Assembly (NCBI GenBank): GCA_038998335.1
Contig: JAVZHQ010000002.1
Coordinates: 74,689 to 138,688 of the forward strand
Source of the DNA: Candidatus Aenigmatarchaeota archaeon
GTDB lineage: Archaea > Aenigmatarchaeota > Aenigmatarchaeia > CG10238-14 > SCSR01
DNA: 64,000 nt
Reading direction: 5' to 3'
In this document: positions 50,282 to 59,629 of the stretch, in pieces
How positions within the stretch are numbered: position 1 is the stretch's first letter
Layout: every line of letters starts with the position of its first letter
Notes under the pieces: model-generated
Seen by the model: the letters and a program-made list of their open reading frames with translations, nothing else
Databases searched by the model: none
Told to the model about the DNA's origin: nothing
Program-made: the position numbers and the translations under genes

Positions 50282-51444
50282 TCCTCAAACAAATATTCCA
50301 AACCTCTCTCCTTGACCATTTGCCTAAAAACCTCTTTTACACTTTCGTCCCTATTTGCCAACACCAAAAGAAAATCTTTAACAAAATCATCAAAATCTTT
50401 CCTCACCTTTTCAGCTTCCAAAATCATTTTAATATCCAAAGGAGAGCCACACCTTTTACAAAAACTAAAAGATGATGGGTTGACTTCACCACATTTAAAA
50501 CATTTCTTAACTTCCTTGTTCATAACTTCTAAGAGCTTTTCATCTATCTCCTTTCCTGATAAATGATAATAAACAGAAGCCATCTTGCTATCTTTAGTCC
50601 AACCGAATATTTCCTTCATCACAGCTTCTGGTAAATGTTTTGCTAAATGAGTAGCTCTTGCGTGTCTGAAAGCATGAGGATTCACTCTTTTTTTAATTCC
50701 AACTTTCTCAGCCAACTTTTTTAAAATAGATTCAACTTGCACATAGGTTATTAATCCTCGTTTGTTTTTGCCCAAAGATATCCACACATAAGCTTCTGGG
50801 TCGTTTCTTAAAGGATGTACATCTAACCAATTTTCTAATTCCTTAACATACTCTATTATTCTCACTCTTCTCATTCCAGTTTTTCCGTCAACTATTAACA
50901 CACAGCCATGCTCATCAAAAATTATATTTTTAATTTTTAGGGAAAGCAACTCTCCTACTCTGCAACCCGATTCATAAAGTACGAGAACTAGGGCTTTATC
51001 TCTAAGATTGTTTGCTACTTTAGCCATCCTTTCTATTTCTTCTTTAGTCAAAATCTCTTCTGGTAAGAACTTGTTTTTCAACTTATGATTTAACTTAATC
51101 CATTCTACTTCTTCAGGATAAGTATTTGAGTTTCTCAACCATTTATAAAACCTCTTTAGCTCGCATTTAATCGCAGTTTTAGATTTCTCACTTCCGTACC
51201 TATTCTCTACTTCACTAACAACAGCTATGATATCCTCTTTTGTAGCTTCTGTAAATGGTTTGTTGAGAATTTTTGCTATCGTGGACAAAGCCCAAAGAAC
51301 ATTCCTCAAAGTAGCTTTTCTGAAGCCGTTTGCATTAAGAAGATTGAAGAACTTGAAGATAAGCTGTTTGTTCTCTTCGCATATAGAAGAGTTTTTAATT
51401 CTCTCAATATCTTTTTCCAAGCTTCTGGCAGTATTTAAGCTCAT
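50278..51444 (-). CDS. tyrosine recombinase/integrase with C-terminal zinc ribbon
   Basis: ESGCRVGE (R), DGKTG (K), HAFRH, FGW, VYYHL (Y); CFKCG..CKRCG. Confidence 0.95.
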   Translation of the reverse strand: MSLNTARSLEKDIERIKNSSICEENKQLIFKFFNLLNANGFRKATLRNVLWALSTIAKILNKPFTEATKEDIIAVVSEVENRYGSEKSKTAIKCELKRFYKWLRNSNTYPEEVEWIKLNHKLKNKFLPEEILTKEEIERMAKVANNLRDKALVLVLYESGCRVGELLSLKIKNIIFDEHGCVLIVDGKTGMRRVRIIEYVKELENWLDVHPLRNDPEAYVWISLGKNKRGLITYVQVESILKKLAEKVGIKKRVNPHAFRHARATHLAKHLPEAVMKEIFGWTKDSKMASVYYHLSGKEIDEKLLEVMNKEVKKCFKCGEVNPSSFSFCKRCGSPLDIKMILEAEKVRKDFDDFVKDFLLVLANRDESVKEVFRQMVKERGLEYLFEE

Positions 51445-51483
51445 AATTTTGCCTACCTTCTTTTTAGCCTAAATATGCCAGAA

Positions 51484-51504
51484 GAAATAATACTAAATAA
51501 CTAC
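51484..51504 (-). repeat. right terminal inverted repeat GAAATAATACTAAATAACTAC
   Basis: exact reverse complement of 44272-44292; 40 nt upstream of the integrase start. Confidence 0.92.
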
Positions 51505-51596
51505 CATAGCTTTATGTAGTTAAGGCAAAGTAATTCTTTTATTTTTTCTTTGTTGTTTATAATAAAAATTAGTAAAATTAAGATTTTCTCAAAAAA

Positions 51597-51773
51597 TTAT
51601 TTCTGCTTGCTTGCAAAATAAGCTACCCCAATTCCTAGAAGTGCAAAAGCAAAAGCTATTACACCCAAAACCCAAGCTTGCTCTTTTGCGAATATCAAGA
51701 AGAAAAAAACTATTGGTATAAATATACCTGCAAGAGCAGGAGCAATTCCAGTTATATCATGTTCTTTTTTCAT
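51597..51773 (-). CDS. 58-aa two-TM microprotein, absent from ORF track
   Basis: MKKEHDITGIAPALAGIFIPIVFFFLIFAKEQAWVLGVIAFAFALLGIGVAYFASKQK. Confidence 0.6.
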   Translation of the reverse strand: MKKEHDITGIAPALAGIFIPIVFFFLIFAKEQAWVLGVIAFAFALLGIGVAYFASKQK

Positions 51774-51895
51774 ACTTAATGCTTGTTTTACAAGCTTATA
51801 AGCATTGTTTAACTATCAAAAGTTCAAAACAAACTTGTAAGAATTAATCAAGATTCCCTAAAATATTTAAATAAGCTTTACAAATCAAAATTCTA

Positions 51896-51909
51896 GAAAA
51901 GTTTAAATA
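51896..51909 (+). promoter_or_regulatory. putative BRE/TATA promoter for the LAGLIDADG-rps10-cmk unit
   Basis: GAAAAG-TTTAAATA, nearly identical to the element upstream of tuf, about 33 nt before the ATG. Confidence 0.5.
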
Positions 51910-51941
51910 ATTTAACTCAATAACACAAGAGAAGTGGTATT

Positions 51942-53075
51942 ATGAAAATTGATTTAGAAAACATAGCAAAAGAAGTTTTTAAGAAAAAACCTTTGGTAAT
52001 AAAAAAAATAGACAAAAATCTAATTAAAGTTTTCTATAAAGGTAAAAGTCCAAGAAACACACCAAAACCAATAATTCTTCCAAAAATAATAAATTTGGAT
52101 GAAGAAATTATTGAGAATGTTGGAATGTACATTGGTGATGGAACTCTCTCACCAACCAGAAAACATCAAATAGAATTTACTACTATAGATGTAGACATGG
52201 CAAAAAAATTCCTCGATTTTTTAACGAAAAGATGGTGTGTTAAAATACAAAATATAACCTTTATTTTAAAGTACAACAAAGGAAACAAAAAAACAATAAA
52301 AGAAAAATGGAAAAAATATCTAAATGTCCCAAGTGAAAAACTTCTAGTTAAAAAAGAAACTAAATATAATGCTCGAGATTCTCTGACAATTATTGTTAAC
52401 AGCTTGATTTTTACTCAAGTATTCAAAAAATTTATTAAAAAATCACTACCATTAATTAAACTAAATTCTAAATTAATAAAAGCATTTCTAAGAGGAGAAT
52501 TTGCAGCTGATGGAAAATTTATAGTAGAAAAAGATACCAATACCTACTATATCTCTGAAATAACCTTCTGTTATAACTATCCTAAAGAGTTATGGTTACG
52601 GAATTACTTAGTCGAATGCCTAACGAAAGAAGGAATAACAAAAATCAATGAAAACCGAAAAGGCTTTATTAGAATTACCGGCTGGAATAATTATTTTAAA
52701 TTATGGAAGATGGGAATTTTTAACTGTTGTAAGAGAAAAAAAGAAAAATTTCTATCAACGATTAAACAATCAAAAATTCATCTTATGGTAGATGTTGAAA
52801 CAATTAAACAAATTATAAATTCTTCGAGTCTGACCAAAAAGGCCATAGCAAATAAAGTTGGTATAAATAGATCAAATCTTTTTAGAGTTCTAAATGGTAA
52901 ACAACTTATGACAATTGAACAATTTAATGCACTTACTCAATTAATTGATAATCATTTAAATACTTATCAAAATCAAATAAGTAAAATTAGGATTGGTAAA
53001 CTTACTTATTTGCCATTTTCCCGAGAATTTATAAATTTTGTTGCAAAAGAAAAATTGATAAAAGGTGATAGGTAA
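51942..53075 (+). CDS. free-standing two-motif LAGLIDADG endonuclease with C-terminal XRE-like HTH
   Basis: VGMYIGDG and FLRGEFAADG motifs; LTKKAIANKVGINRSNLFRVLNG HTH. Confidence 0.85.
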   Translation: MKIDLENIAKEVFKKKPLVIKKIDKNLIKVFYKGKSPRNTPKPIILPKIINLDEEIIENVGMYIGDGTLSPTRKHQIEFTTIDVDMAKKFLDFLTKRWCVKIQNITFILKYNKGNKKTIKEKWKKYLNVPSEKLLVKKETKYNARDSLTIIVNSLIFTQVFKKFIKKSLPLIKLNSKLIKAFLRGEFAADGKFIVEKDTNTYYISEITFCYNYPKELWLRNYLVECLTKEGITKINENRKGFIRITGWNNYFKLWKMGIFNCCKRKKEKFLSTIKQSKIHLMVDVETIKQIINSSSLTKKAIANKVGINRSNLFRVLNGKQLMTIEQFNALTQLIDNHLNTYQNQISKIRIGKLTYLPFSREFINFVAKEKLIKGDR

Positions 53076-53425
53076 ATGCAAATAGCAAGAATAAAACTTT
53101 TAGGAAGAGACCCAAAAGAATTGGATAGCATTTGCAATGAAATAAAGGAAATAGCAAAAAAATTAGGTGTAGATTATAGAGGACCGATTCCCTTACCAAC
53201 AAAAAAATTGAAAGTAGTAACTATGAAAACTCCTTGTGGCGACGGGACACTAAACTAGACATCTAGTTTAGCCCGAAAGGCCATGGAAATGCTACTTTTG
53301 ATAGATGGGAGATGAGAATTCATAAGCGTCTAATAGATGTTAAAGCTGATGAAAGAGCTTTAAGACAAATAATGAGAATTAATATTCCTACTAATGTTCA
53401 CATTGAAATCAAGCTTTTAGGTTAA
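53076..53425 (+). CDS. rps10: 30S ribosomal protein S10, spliced: join(53076..53248,53278..53425), 106 aa
   Basis: Exon 1 MQIARIKL...GPIPLPT...KTPCGDG; exon 2 ...[14 protein letters not shown]...RQIMRI..P..V.IEI in another frame; 29-nt removal restores the frame. Confidence 0.92.
53249..53277 (+). other. predicted 29-nt bulge-helix-bulge mRNA intron in rps10
   Basis: CGGG-AC^A-CTAAACTAGA-CA-TCTAGTTTAG-CCCG-AA^A. Confidence 0.85.
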
Positions 53426-53456
53426 TTTTTAACTTTTAAAAAAATAACTTTTTCTT

Positions 53457-54008
53457 ATGAAGAAAAAGTTGGTAATAGTTATTTCTGGCCCTCCTGGAGT
53501 TGGAACATCAAGCGTAGCAAGAGAAATAGCTAAAAAATTAAAGCTAAGATATCTTTCACCTGGAAAAACCTACAAAAGTTTTTTGAGTGAAAAAGAAGCG
53601 AAAGCAGCTTTGGAATTCTGGAAAACTGAATTTGGAAGAAGTAAAAAATTACATAAAGCCTTAGATGAAAGCCAAGTTAAGGAAGCAAAAAAAGGTAACC
53701 TAGTAATTTGTGGTAAGCTTTCAATTTATTTTCTCAAAGACTTAGCTGACTTAAAAGTTTGGTTAGAAGCTCCCTTAGAAATAAGAGCAAAAAGAACTGC
53801 AGAAAGAGATAATATTCCTTTTGAAGAAGCTTTGAGACAAATAAGTGAAAGAGAAAATATTGAAAGAAAAAAATGGAAAGAAATATATGGTTTTGATTAT
53901 TTCAACCAAAAAAAAGATGCTGACCTTGTTTTAAATACTTCAAACCTAACTCTTGAAGAAACTGTAAATAAAATTCTAGAGTTTATGAAATCAAAAAGCT
54001 TGATTTAA
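53457..54008 (+). CDS. cmk: cytidylate kinase, archaeal type
   Basis: ISGPPGVGTSS, WLEAPLEIRAKR..ERD, YG.D, D..LNT. Confidence 0.85.
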   Translation: MKKKLVIVISGPPGVGTSSVAREIAKKLKLRYLSPGKTYKSFLSEKEAKAALEFWKTEFGRSKKLHKALDESQVKEAKKGNLVICGKLSIYFLKDLADLKVWLEAPLEIRAKRTAERDNIPFEEALRQISERENIERKKWKEIYGFDYFNQKKDADLVLNTSNLTLEETVNKILEFMKSKSLI

Positions 54009-54033
54009 TTTTTTAAGTGTGAAATATTAGAGT

Positions 54034-54936
54034 ATGGAAATACTTCCGATAGCTTTTGATTCTTTGGGAACAAGAAGTATGGCAACTTTTGTTGAAACTG
54101 ATGACATAAAAATTTTAATTGATCCTGGAGTTTCCTTAGCTCCTGTAAGGTATGGTTTACCTCCGCATGCTCTAGAACTTAAAAAGTTAGATGAAAGTTG
54201 GGAAAAAATAGTTAAACTAGCAAGCGATTCGGATATTCTCATCATTACACATTACCATTATGACCATCATAACCCTTGGGAAAACTTGGAAATTTACAAG
54301 AATAAAATAGTTTTAATCAAGCACCCTACAGAAAAAATAAATTTTTCCCAGAAAGGTAGAGCAAAATATTTTTTAGAACAAATAAAAAATCTGCCAAAAA
54401 AACTTGAGTTTTGCGATGGTAAGGAGTTTAAGTTTGGAAGAACAAGGATAAAATTTTCACAACCAGTTTTCCATGGAACAAACCAAAAGCTAGGCTATGT
54501 TACAGAAGTTTTGATTGAAAATAGTGAATATAAATTTCTTCATACTTCAGATGTCGAAGGCCCGACTCAAAAAGAGCAAGTAGATTTTATTACAGAAAAT
54601 AAACCAAACTTAGTTTTCCTTGACGGTCCTTTATCTTACATGATTTACAGGTTTGGTTTGGAAAACTTGGAAGTTTCGATTCAAAACATGATAAAAATAA
54701 TCGAGGCTTGCCCTTTAGAAAGCTTGATAGTTGAGCACCATTTTCTAAGAGATTTAAAATGGAAAGAAAAAATAAAAAAAGTCTATGAATTTGCAGAAAG
54801 GAAAAAAGTTAAAGTTCAATGTGTAGCTGAATTCTTAGGCAAGCCTATAGAAATGCTAGAAGCAAGAAGAAAGGAACTTTACAAAAAATATCCAGAAATG
54901 ACTTATGAATCTAAAAGGAAGGTTATGGAAGAATAG
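54034..54936 (+). CDS. metallo-beta-lactamase fold hydrolase (UPF0282-like)
   Basis: DSLGTRSM, THYHYDH, TSDVEGP, HHFLRD. Confidence 0.88.
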   Translation: MEILPIAFDSLGTRSMATFVETDDIKILIDPGVSLAPVRYGLPPHALELKKLDESWEKIVKLASDSDILIITHYHYDHHNPWENLEIYKNKIVLIKHPTEKINFSQKGRAKYFLEQIKNLPKKLEFCDGKEFKFGRTRIKFSQPVFHGTNQKLGYVTEVLIENSEYKFLHTSDVEGPTQKEQVDFITENKPNLVFLDGPLSYMIYRFGLENLEVSIQNMIKIIEACPLESLIVEHHFLRDLKWKEKIKKVYEFAERKKVKVQCVAEFLGKPIEMLEARRKELYKKYPEMTYESKRKVMEE

Positions 54937-54955
54937 TAAAAATATTTAAAGAGAA

Positions 54956-57448
54956 ATGTTTATTAGTATGGGCTACAAAGAAAAACTGCTCTTGATAGAT
55001 GCTGATTATATTTTGAAAGAAAATAAAGGCGTAGTAAGACTTTTCTGTAAAGACAAAGAAGAGAAAACAGTATTGGTTCTTGATGAAAGTTTTGAACCAT
55101 ACTTCTATGCTATGCCAAACGAAGGAAAACTGGAAAAACTAAAGAAAAAGATCGAAGAGTTGCAAAAAGAGAAGATTGGAATAAAATTTTTAAAAACAGA
55201 AATTGTTGAAAAAATTTGGAATGGAGAAAAAGTTAAGCTAGTCAAAATTACTATAGATAACCCTAGAAGAATCCCAGATGTAAGAGATGCTATAAAGGAT
55301 TGGGAAGAAGTTAAAGAAACTTACGAGTATGACATTCCATTCTACAAGCGTTACATAATAGACAAACAAATAAAACCAATGGGCTGGATTATTGTAGAAG
55401 GAGAAGAGATAAAAGAGTTTGGAGAATATCAAGTAGATAAGATAGTTAAAGCAAACTCAGTTAAACCAATCGAACTTGAGAAGGATATTAAGCTTAAAGT
55501 TATGGCTTTTGACACTGAATGGGTAGAAGAAAACGACAAAAGTAAGCTAATAATGATTAGTTTGGTTTGTAGCGATGGAAGTAAAAAAGTTTTAACATGT
55601 TACGAATGGGAGAAAAAACCAAGCTATGTTGAGGTTTTAAAAAATGAAGAAGGAATGATAAAAAGGTTTTTGGAAATAGTTAAAGAAAAAGACCCAGACT
55701 TCTTAGTTGGCTATAATTCTGATGGTTTTGACATACCAAAACTTAAAGATAGAGCTAATGAGCTTAAAGTTCAACTGAAACTTGGAAGAGAAGGCTCTCC
55801 AGTTCATGTTGTAAGAAGAGGTAGAGTTAGCTCAGCAAAAGCAAAAGGCAGAATCCATGTAGACTTGTTCAACTTCATTAGCCATATTCTATCAGCGTCC
55901 ATGAAAAGTGAAGTCCTTACTTTAGATGAAGTAGCTCAAGAATTGCTTGGAATAGGGAAGAAAAAAATGGAATACAAGGAAATGGTAGAAATATGGGGTA
56001 AGAAAGAACAGCTTGAAAGATTGGCTGAATATTCGCTCTGGGATTCTGAGTTAACTTTAAGACTTTCGCATCTAATCCTTCCACAAATATTTGCTTTATC
56101 CAAATTAACAGGCCAGCTTCCGTTTGACGTTTCTCGCTATACTTACTCTCAATTAGTTGAAGCTTTTTTCATGGGAAGAGCTTTTGTTGACAATATTTTA
56201 ATACCAAACAGGCCAAAAACCGAAGAAATAGAAAGAAGGAAAATGGCCCCTGTTTATAAAGGAGCTATAGTAATAGAACCAAAAAAAGGAATTCACTATA
56301 ATATTTTGGTTTTTGATTTCCGTTCATTGTATCCGACTATTGTCGTAACTCATAACATTTCACCAGAAACATTAAATTGTGAGCATTCTGAATGTAAGGA
56401 AAGGAACAAAGTTCCTGAAACAAAATGGCATTTTTGCATAAAAAGAAAAGGTTTTATTCCAAAACATTTAGATGAGTTGATAAAATCAAGACAAAAAATA
56501 AAAGAGGGGATGAAAAAAATTGAGAAAGACTCTGAAGAATGGAAAAAATTAGATAACATGCAGTACGCTTTGAAAATAATAGCCAACGCAACTTATGGCT
56601 ATTTAGGTTTTTTCAGTGCAAGATGGTACAAAAGGGAATGTGGAGCTTCAGCAGCAGCTTTTGGAAGGTATTACATTTCCAAGGTTATAGAAAAGGCAAA
56701 ACAAGAAGGTTTTGAAATAATTTATGGTGATACAGACTCTCTTATGGTAAAATTGCCAAAAGACTTACCAGCTGAGAAGCTAAGGAATATAGGAAAAGGT
56801 TTTGAAGAAAAGGTAAACAAAGAATTGCCTGGGATAATCGAGTTAGAATTTAGAGATTTGTACGAAGGTGGTATATTTACAGTAAGAAGAAGTGGAGAAA
56901 TTGGAGCAAAGAAAAGATATGCCTTAATAGATTATGAAGGAAACCTAGAAGTTCGTGGCTTTGAAACTGTAAGAAGAGATTGGTGCAATCTTTCAAAAAA
57001 GATTCAGCGAGAAGTTTTAGTAACAATTCTTAGAGATAAGAATCCTTTAAAAGCTATCGAATTAGTTAGAGAAACTATAAAGAAAATTAAAGAAGGGAAA
57101 GTTCCTCTAGAAGATTTGGTAATTTATGAACAAATTACTAGGCCATTAAGCCAGTATGAACAAATTGGCCCACATGTAAAGGCAGCACAAAAGGCAAGGC
57201 TAAGAGGAAGAGTTATAGGCGAAGGTATGGTGATAGGTTTTGTCATAGTAAAAGGAAAAGGAAGTATAGCAGATAGAGCAGAACCCGTAGAAGATGTAAA
57301 ACCAAACGAGTATGATCAAGAATATTATATATACCATCAAATTTTACCTGCAAGTATGAGAGTTTTTAAAGCTTTGGGCTATACAGAACAAGAAATTTTA
57401 AGTGGAAAAGAACAAAAAGGTTTAGAAAAATTTATCAAGAAGCTCTAG
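54956..57448 (+). CDS. polB: family B DNA polymerase
   Basis: Exo FDTE, YNSDGFD; Pol DFRSLYP, KIIANATYGY, YGDTDS. Confidence 0.96.
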   Translation: MFISMGYKEKLLLIDADYILKENKGVVRLFCKDKEEKTVLVLDESFEPYFYAMPNEGKLEKLKKKIEELQKEKIGIKFLKTEIVEKIWNGEKVKLVKITIDNPRRIPDVRDAIKDWEEVKETYEYDIPFYKRYIIDKQIKPMGWIIVEGEEIKEFGEYQVDKIVKANSVKPIELEKDIKLKVMAFDTEWVEENDKSKLIMISLVCSDGSKKVLTCYEWEKKPSYVEVLKNEEGMIKRFLEIVKEKDPDFLVGYNSDGFDIPKLKDRANELKVQLKLGREGSPVHVVRRGRVSSAKAKGRIHVDLFNFISHILSASMKSEVLTLDEVAQELLGIGKKKMEYKEMVEIWGKKEQLERLAEYSLWDSELTLRLSHLILPQIFALSKLTGQLPFDVSRYTYSQLVEAFFMGRAFVDNILIPNRPKTEEIERRKMAPVYKGAIVIEPKKGIHYNILVFDFRSLYPTIVVTHNISPETLNCEHSECKERNKVPETKWHFCIKRKGFIPKHLDELIKSRQKIKEGMKKIEKDSEEWKKLDNMQYALKIIANATYGYLGFFSARWYKRECGASAAAFGRYYISKVIEKAKQEGFEIIYGDTDSLMVKLPKDLPAEKLRNIGKGFEEKVNKELPGIIELEFRDLYEGGIFTVRRSGEIGAKKRYALIDYEGNLEVRGFETVRRDWCNLSKKIQREVLVTILRDKNPLKAIELVRETIKKIKEGKVPLEDLVIYEQITRPLSQYEQIGPHVKAAQKARLRGRVIGEGMVIGFVIVKGKGSIADRAEPVEDVKPNEYDQEYYIYHQILPASMRVFKALGYTEQEILSGKEQKGLEKFIKKL

Positions 57449-58004
57449 CGTTTGTAACCTTAAGCAAATCTGCCTTTGTTATTATTCCCACAATCTTTCC
57501 TTTTTTACTCACTAGTATTGCATGATTGTTTTGGAGTAAAGTCAGTATCGAACTTAAAGGCTCTTTCTCCGTAACTATTGGAAAACTCTCTTCCATTATT
57601 TCTTCAACCTTTTTGTTCAAGAAATCTGAAGGTCTTTTACCTTTAGAAATTTGGTCTAGAATTGTTCTCTCAGAAATACTACCAACAAAATTTTTTCCGT
57701 CAAAAACAGGAAGTTGAGAATAGCCATACCTTCTCATCAGCTTTATAGCTTTGGAAACCTTTTCTTTATTTTTAATCCAAACTACCTTAGCTGTTAAAAG
57801 TTGCTCTGCTGTTATTTGACTCCTTTTCTCTAAAGCTTCAAGACAATCAAAAATTTTTTTAACAGCATAATAGCTTGGGTTAACTTTTTTTGATTCAATC
57901 TTTGCTATTAAAGATTGACTTAAACCACAAAAAGCTGCTAAACTTTTCTGTGTTAAACCTAAATTTTTCCTCCTTTTTTCTATTTCTTCTATTTCCGGCA
58001 ACAT
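57435..58004 (-). CDS. XRE-HTH + CBS-domain regulator
   Basis: GLTQ..LA..GLSQSLIAKIE; YSQLPV; GIITKADLL. Confidence 0.9.
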   Translation of the reverse strand: MLPEIEEIEKRRKNLGLTQKSLAAFCGLSQSLIAKIESKKVNPSYYAVKKIFDCLEALEKRSQITAEQLLTAKVVWIKNKEKVSKAIKLMRRYGYSQLPVFDGKNFVGSISERTILDQISKGKRPSDFLNKKVEEIMEESFPIVTEKEPLSSILTLLQNNHAILVSKKGKIVGIITKADLLKVTNARAS

Positions 58005-58064
58005 ATTCCTATAAGAATATTTTTTTCATAAAAATATTAATAAAAGAATATTCTACTTTTAAAA

Positions 58065-59273
58065 ATGAGGAACATAGTAATAGAGGAGCTTAAACAACTT
58101 CCTATTGATGAACAAAAAATAGAAATAGTAGAAAGGAAAGGCTTGGGGCATCCTGATTATATTTGCGATTCAATAATGAACCAAATCTCTATCGAGTTGA
58201 GCAAATACTACATTAAAAAATTTGGTTCTATTCTTCACCATAATATAGATAAAGCTTTATTAGCTGCAGGTGAAGTTGAAAACAAGTTTGGTGGAGGAAA
58301 GATTAAAAAACCCATGCTTCTTGTTATTGGTGATAGGGCAACTTACTTTGTGGATGAAGAAGAAGTTCCTGTAAGTGAAATTGCCATAACAACAGCAAAG
58401 AAATGGTTCAAAGAAAACTTAAGGTTTGTTGATCCCGAAGAACATGTAAAGTATCAAGTAGAACTTAAGCAAGTTTCCTCTGCTTTAGCAAGCATTTTTG
58501 AGAAAAAAAGGAAGATACTCGGAGCTAACGATACTTCCGCTACTGTCGGCTATGCTCCTTTAAGTAAAACAGAAAAAATAGTTCTTGAAACGGAAAGATA
58601 CCTTAACTCAAAAAAATTCAAGAAAGATTTTCCAGAAACTGGAGAAGATATCAAAGTTATGGGGATAAGAAAAAATAATACAATTGATTTAACTATAGCT
58701 CTAGCTTTTGTTGATAGATTCATAGATTGTGAAGAAACTTACTTTAGAAGAAAAAAAGAAGTAGAAGAGAATTTAAACGAGTACCTGAATTCGAACTACA
58801 ATTTTGAAAGAATAAACATAAACATAAATACCCTTGATGAAAAAGGAAAAGGTGAGGCTGGCCTTTTTTTAACAGTTAGTGGAACTTGTGCAGATGGTGC
58901 TGATTCAGGTCAAGTTGGAAGGGGAAACAGAGTGAATGGAGTTATCCCTTTAAAGAGACCAACAAGTTCAGAGGCAGCAGCAGGTAAAAACCCAGTCTCG
59001 CATGTAGGAAAAATTTATAATGTGCTTACTTACAAGCTTGCTGAAGAAATATACAAAAAAGTCCCAGATTTAAAAGAAGTTTATGTTTGGCTTGTGAGTA
59101 AAATAGGTATACCAATAGACCAGCCAGCAATGGTTGCTACTCAAGTTATCCTAAACGATAACAACTATCTTAAAAATGTTTATAAGGAAATAGAAGAAAC
59201 GATTAACAAACAGTTAGATAGCATAGATAAGTTTTGTATGGATTTAGCAACAGGAAAGTACACAATATGCTAA
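58065..59273 (+). CDS. mat: archaeal S-adenosylmethionine synthetase
   Basis: ERKGLGHPDYICD, ANDTS, GEDIKVMG, GRGNR, GKNPVSHVGKIY. Confidence 0.96.
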   Translation: MRNIVIEELKQLPIDEQKIEIVERKGLGHPDYICDSIMNQISIELSKYYIKKFGSILHHNIDKALLAAGEVENKFGGGKIKKPMLLVIGDRATYFVDEEEVPVSEIAITTAKKWFKENLRFVDPEEHVKYQVELKQVSSALASIFEKKRKILGANDTSATVGYAPLSKTEKIVLETERYLNSKKFKKDFPETGEDIKVMGIRKNNTIDLTIALAFVDRFIDCEETYFRRKKEVEENLNEYLNSNYNFERINININTLDEKGKGEAGLFLTVSGTCADGADSGQVGRGNRVNGVIPLKRPTSSEAAAGKNPVSHVGKIYNVLTYKLAEEIYKKVPDLKEVYVWLVSKIGIPIDQPAMVATQVILNDNNYLKNVYKEIEETINKQLDSIDKFCMDLATGKYTIC

Positions 59274-59533
59274 ACCCTTAACTTTGGTCCTTTAACAAGA
59301 AACTGAGAGATAATAGGCAAAGCTTTATTATCAATTCTTAATTTCTCATCTACTTTGCTTATATATTTTTCTTTTTCAAGTTTTAACAAATAGTCTTTAA
59401 CCATTTTCCTTTGCCTTATAGGGAATTTCGATAGTAATTCCTCTAAAGAAATGTATTTTTTAGTTGAACCCTTTGCTAAAACAAATAACGAAAGTAACAA
59501 TGTCTTTTCAAACTCTGTTAGCATATCCAACAT
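59270..59533 (-). CDS. small wHTH-like protein
   Basis: 87-aa ORF with helix-wing pattern. Confidence 0.55.
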   Translation of the reverse strand: MLDMLTEFEKTLLLSLFVLAKGSTKKYISLEELLSKFPIRQRKMVKDYLLKLEKEKYISKVDEKLRIDNKALPIISQFLVKGPKLRV

Positions 59534-59629
59534 ATGTTGTATAGAAATAAATAAAGTTTTCGGTTTTGAACAAGTTAAATATTTAAATTCTTCTTACAAC
59601 TATTAATTGAAAAATCAAAAGGGAGAGAA

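Larger units (their letters stand above)
44272..51504. mobile_element. tyrosine-recombinase integrative element bounded by 21-bp terminal inverted repeats
   Basis: Perfect IR pair at both ends; integrase, RM genes and RHH genes inside; interrupts the conserved tuf-rps10 linkage. Confidence 0.85.

Noticed and set aside
51942-53075. LAGLIDADG gene as part of the integrase element or inside an intron
   Set aside because: It lies about 440 nt outside the right IR, and I found no BHB pairing enclosing it
53076-53258. rps10 as a truncated pseudogene or simple frameshift/sequencing error
   Set aside because: Both halves are intact, and the interruption is a structured 29-nt insert with exact BHB geometry, not a 1-nt indel
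54956-57448. Intein in polB (also considered for the rpo subunits and cdc6)
   Set aside because: Protein lengths are normal and no intein splice motifs or LAGLIDADG inserts are visible
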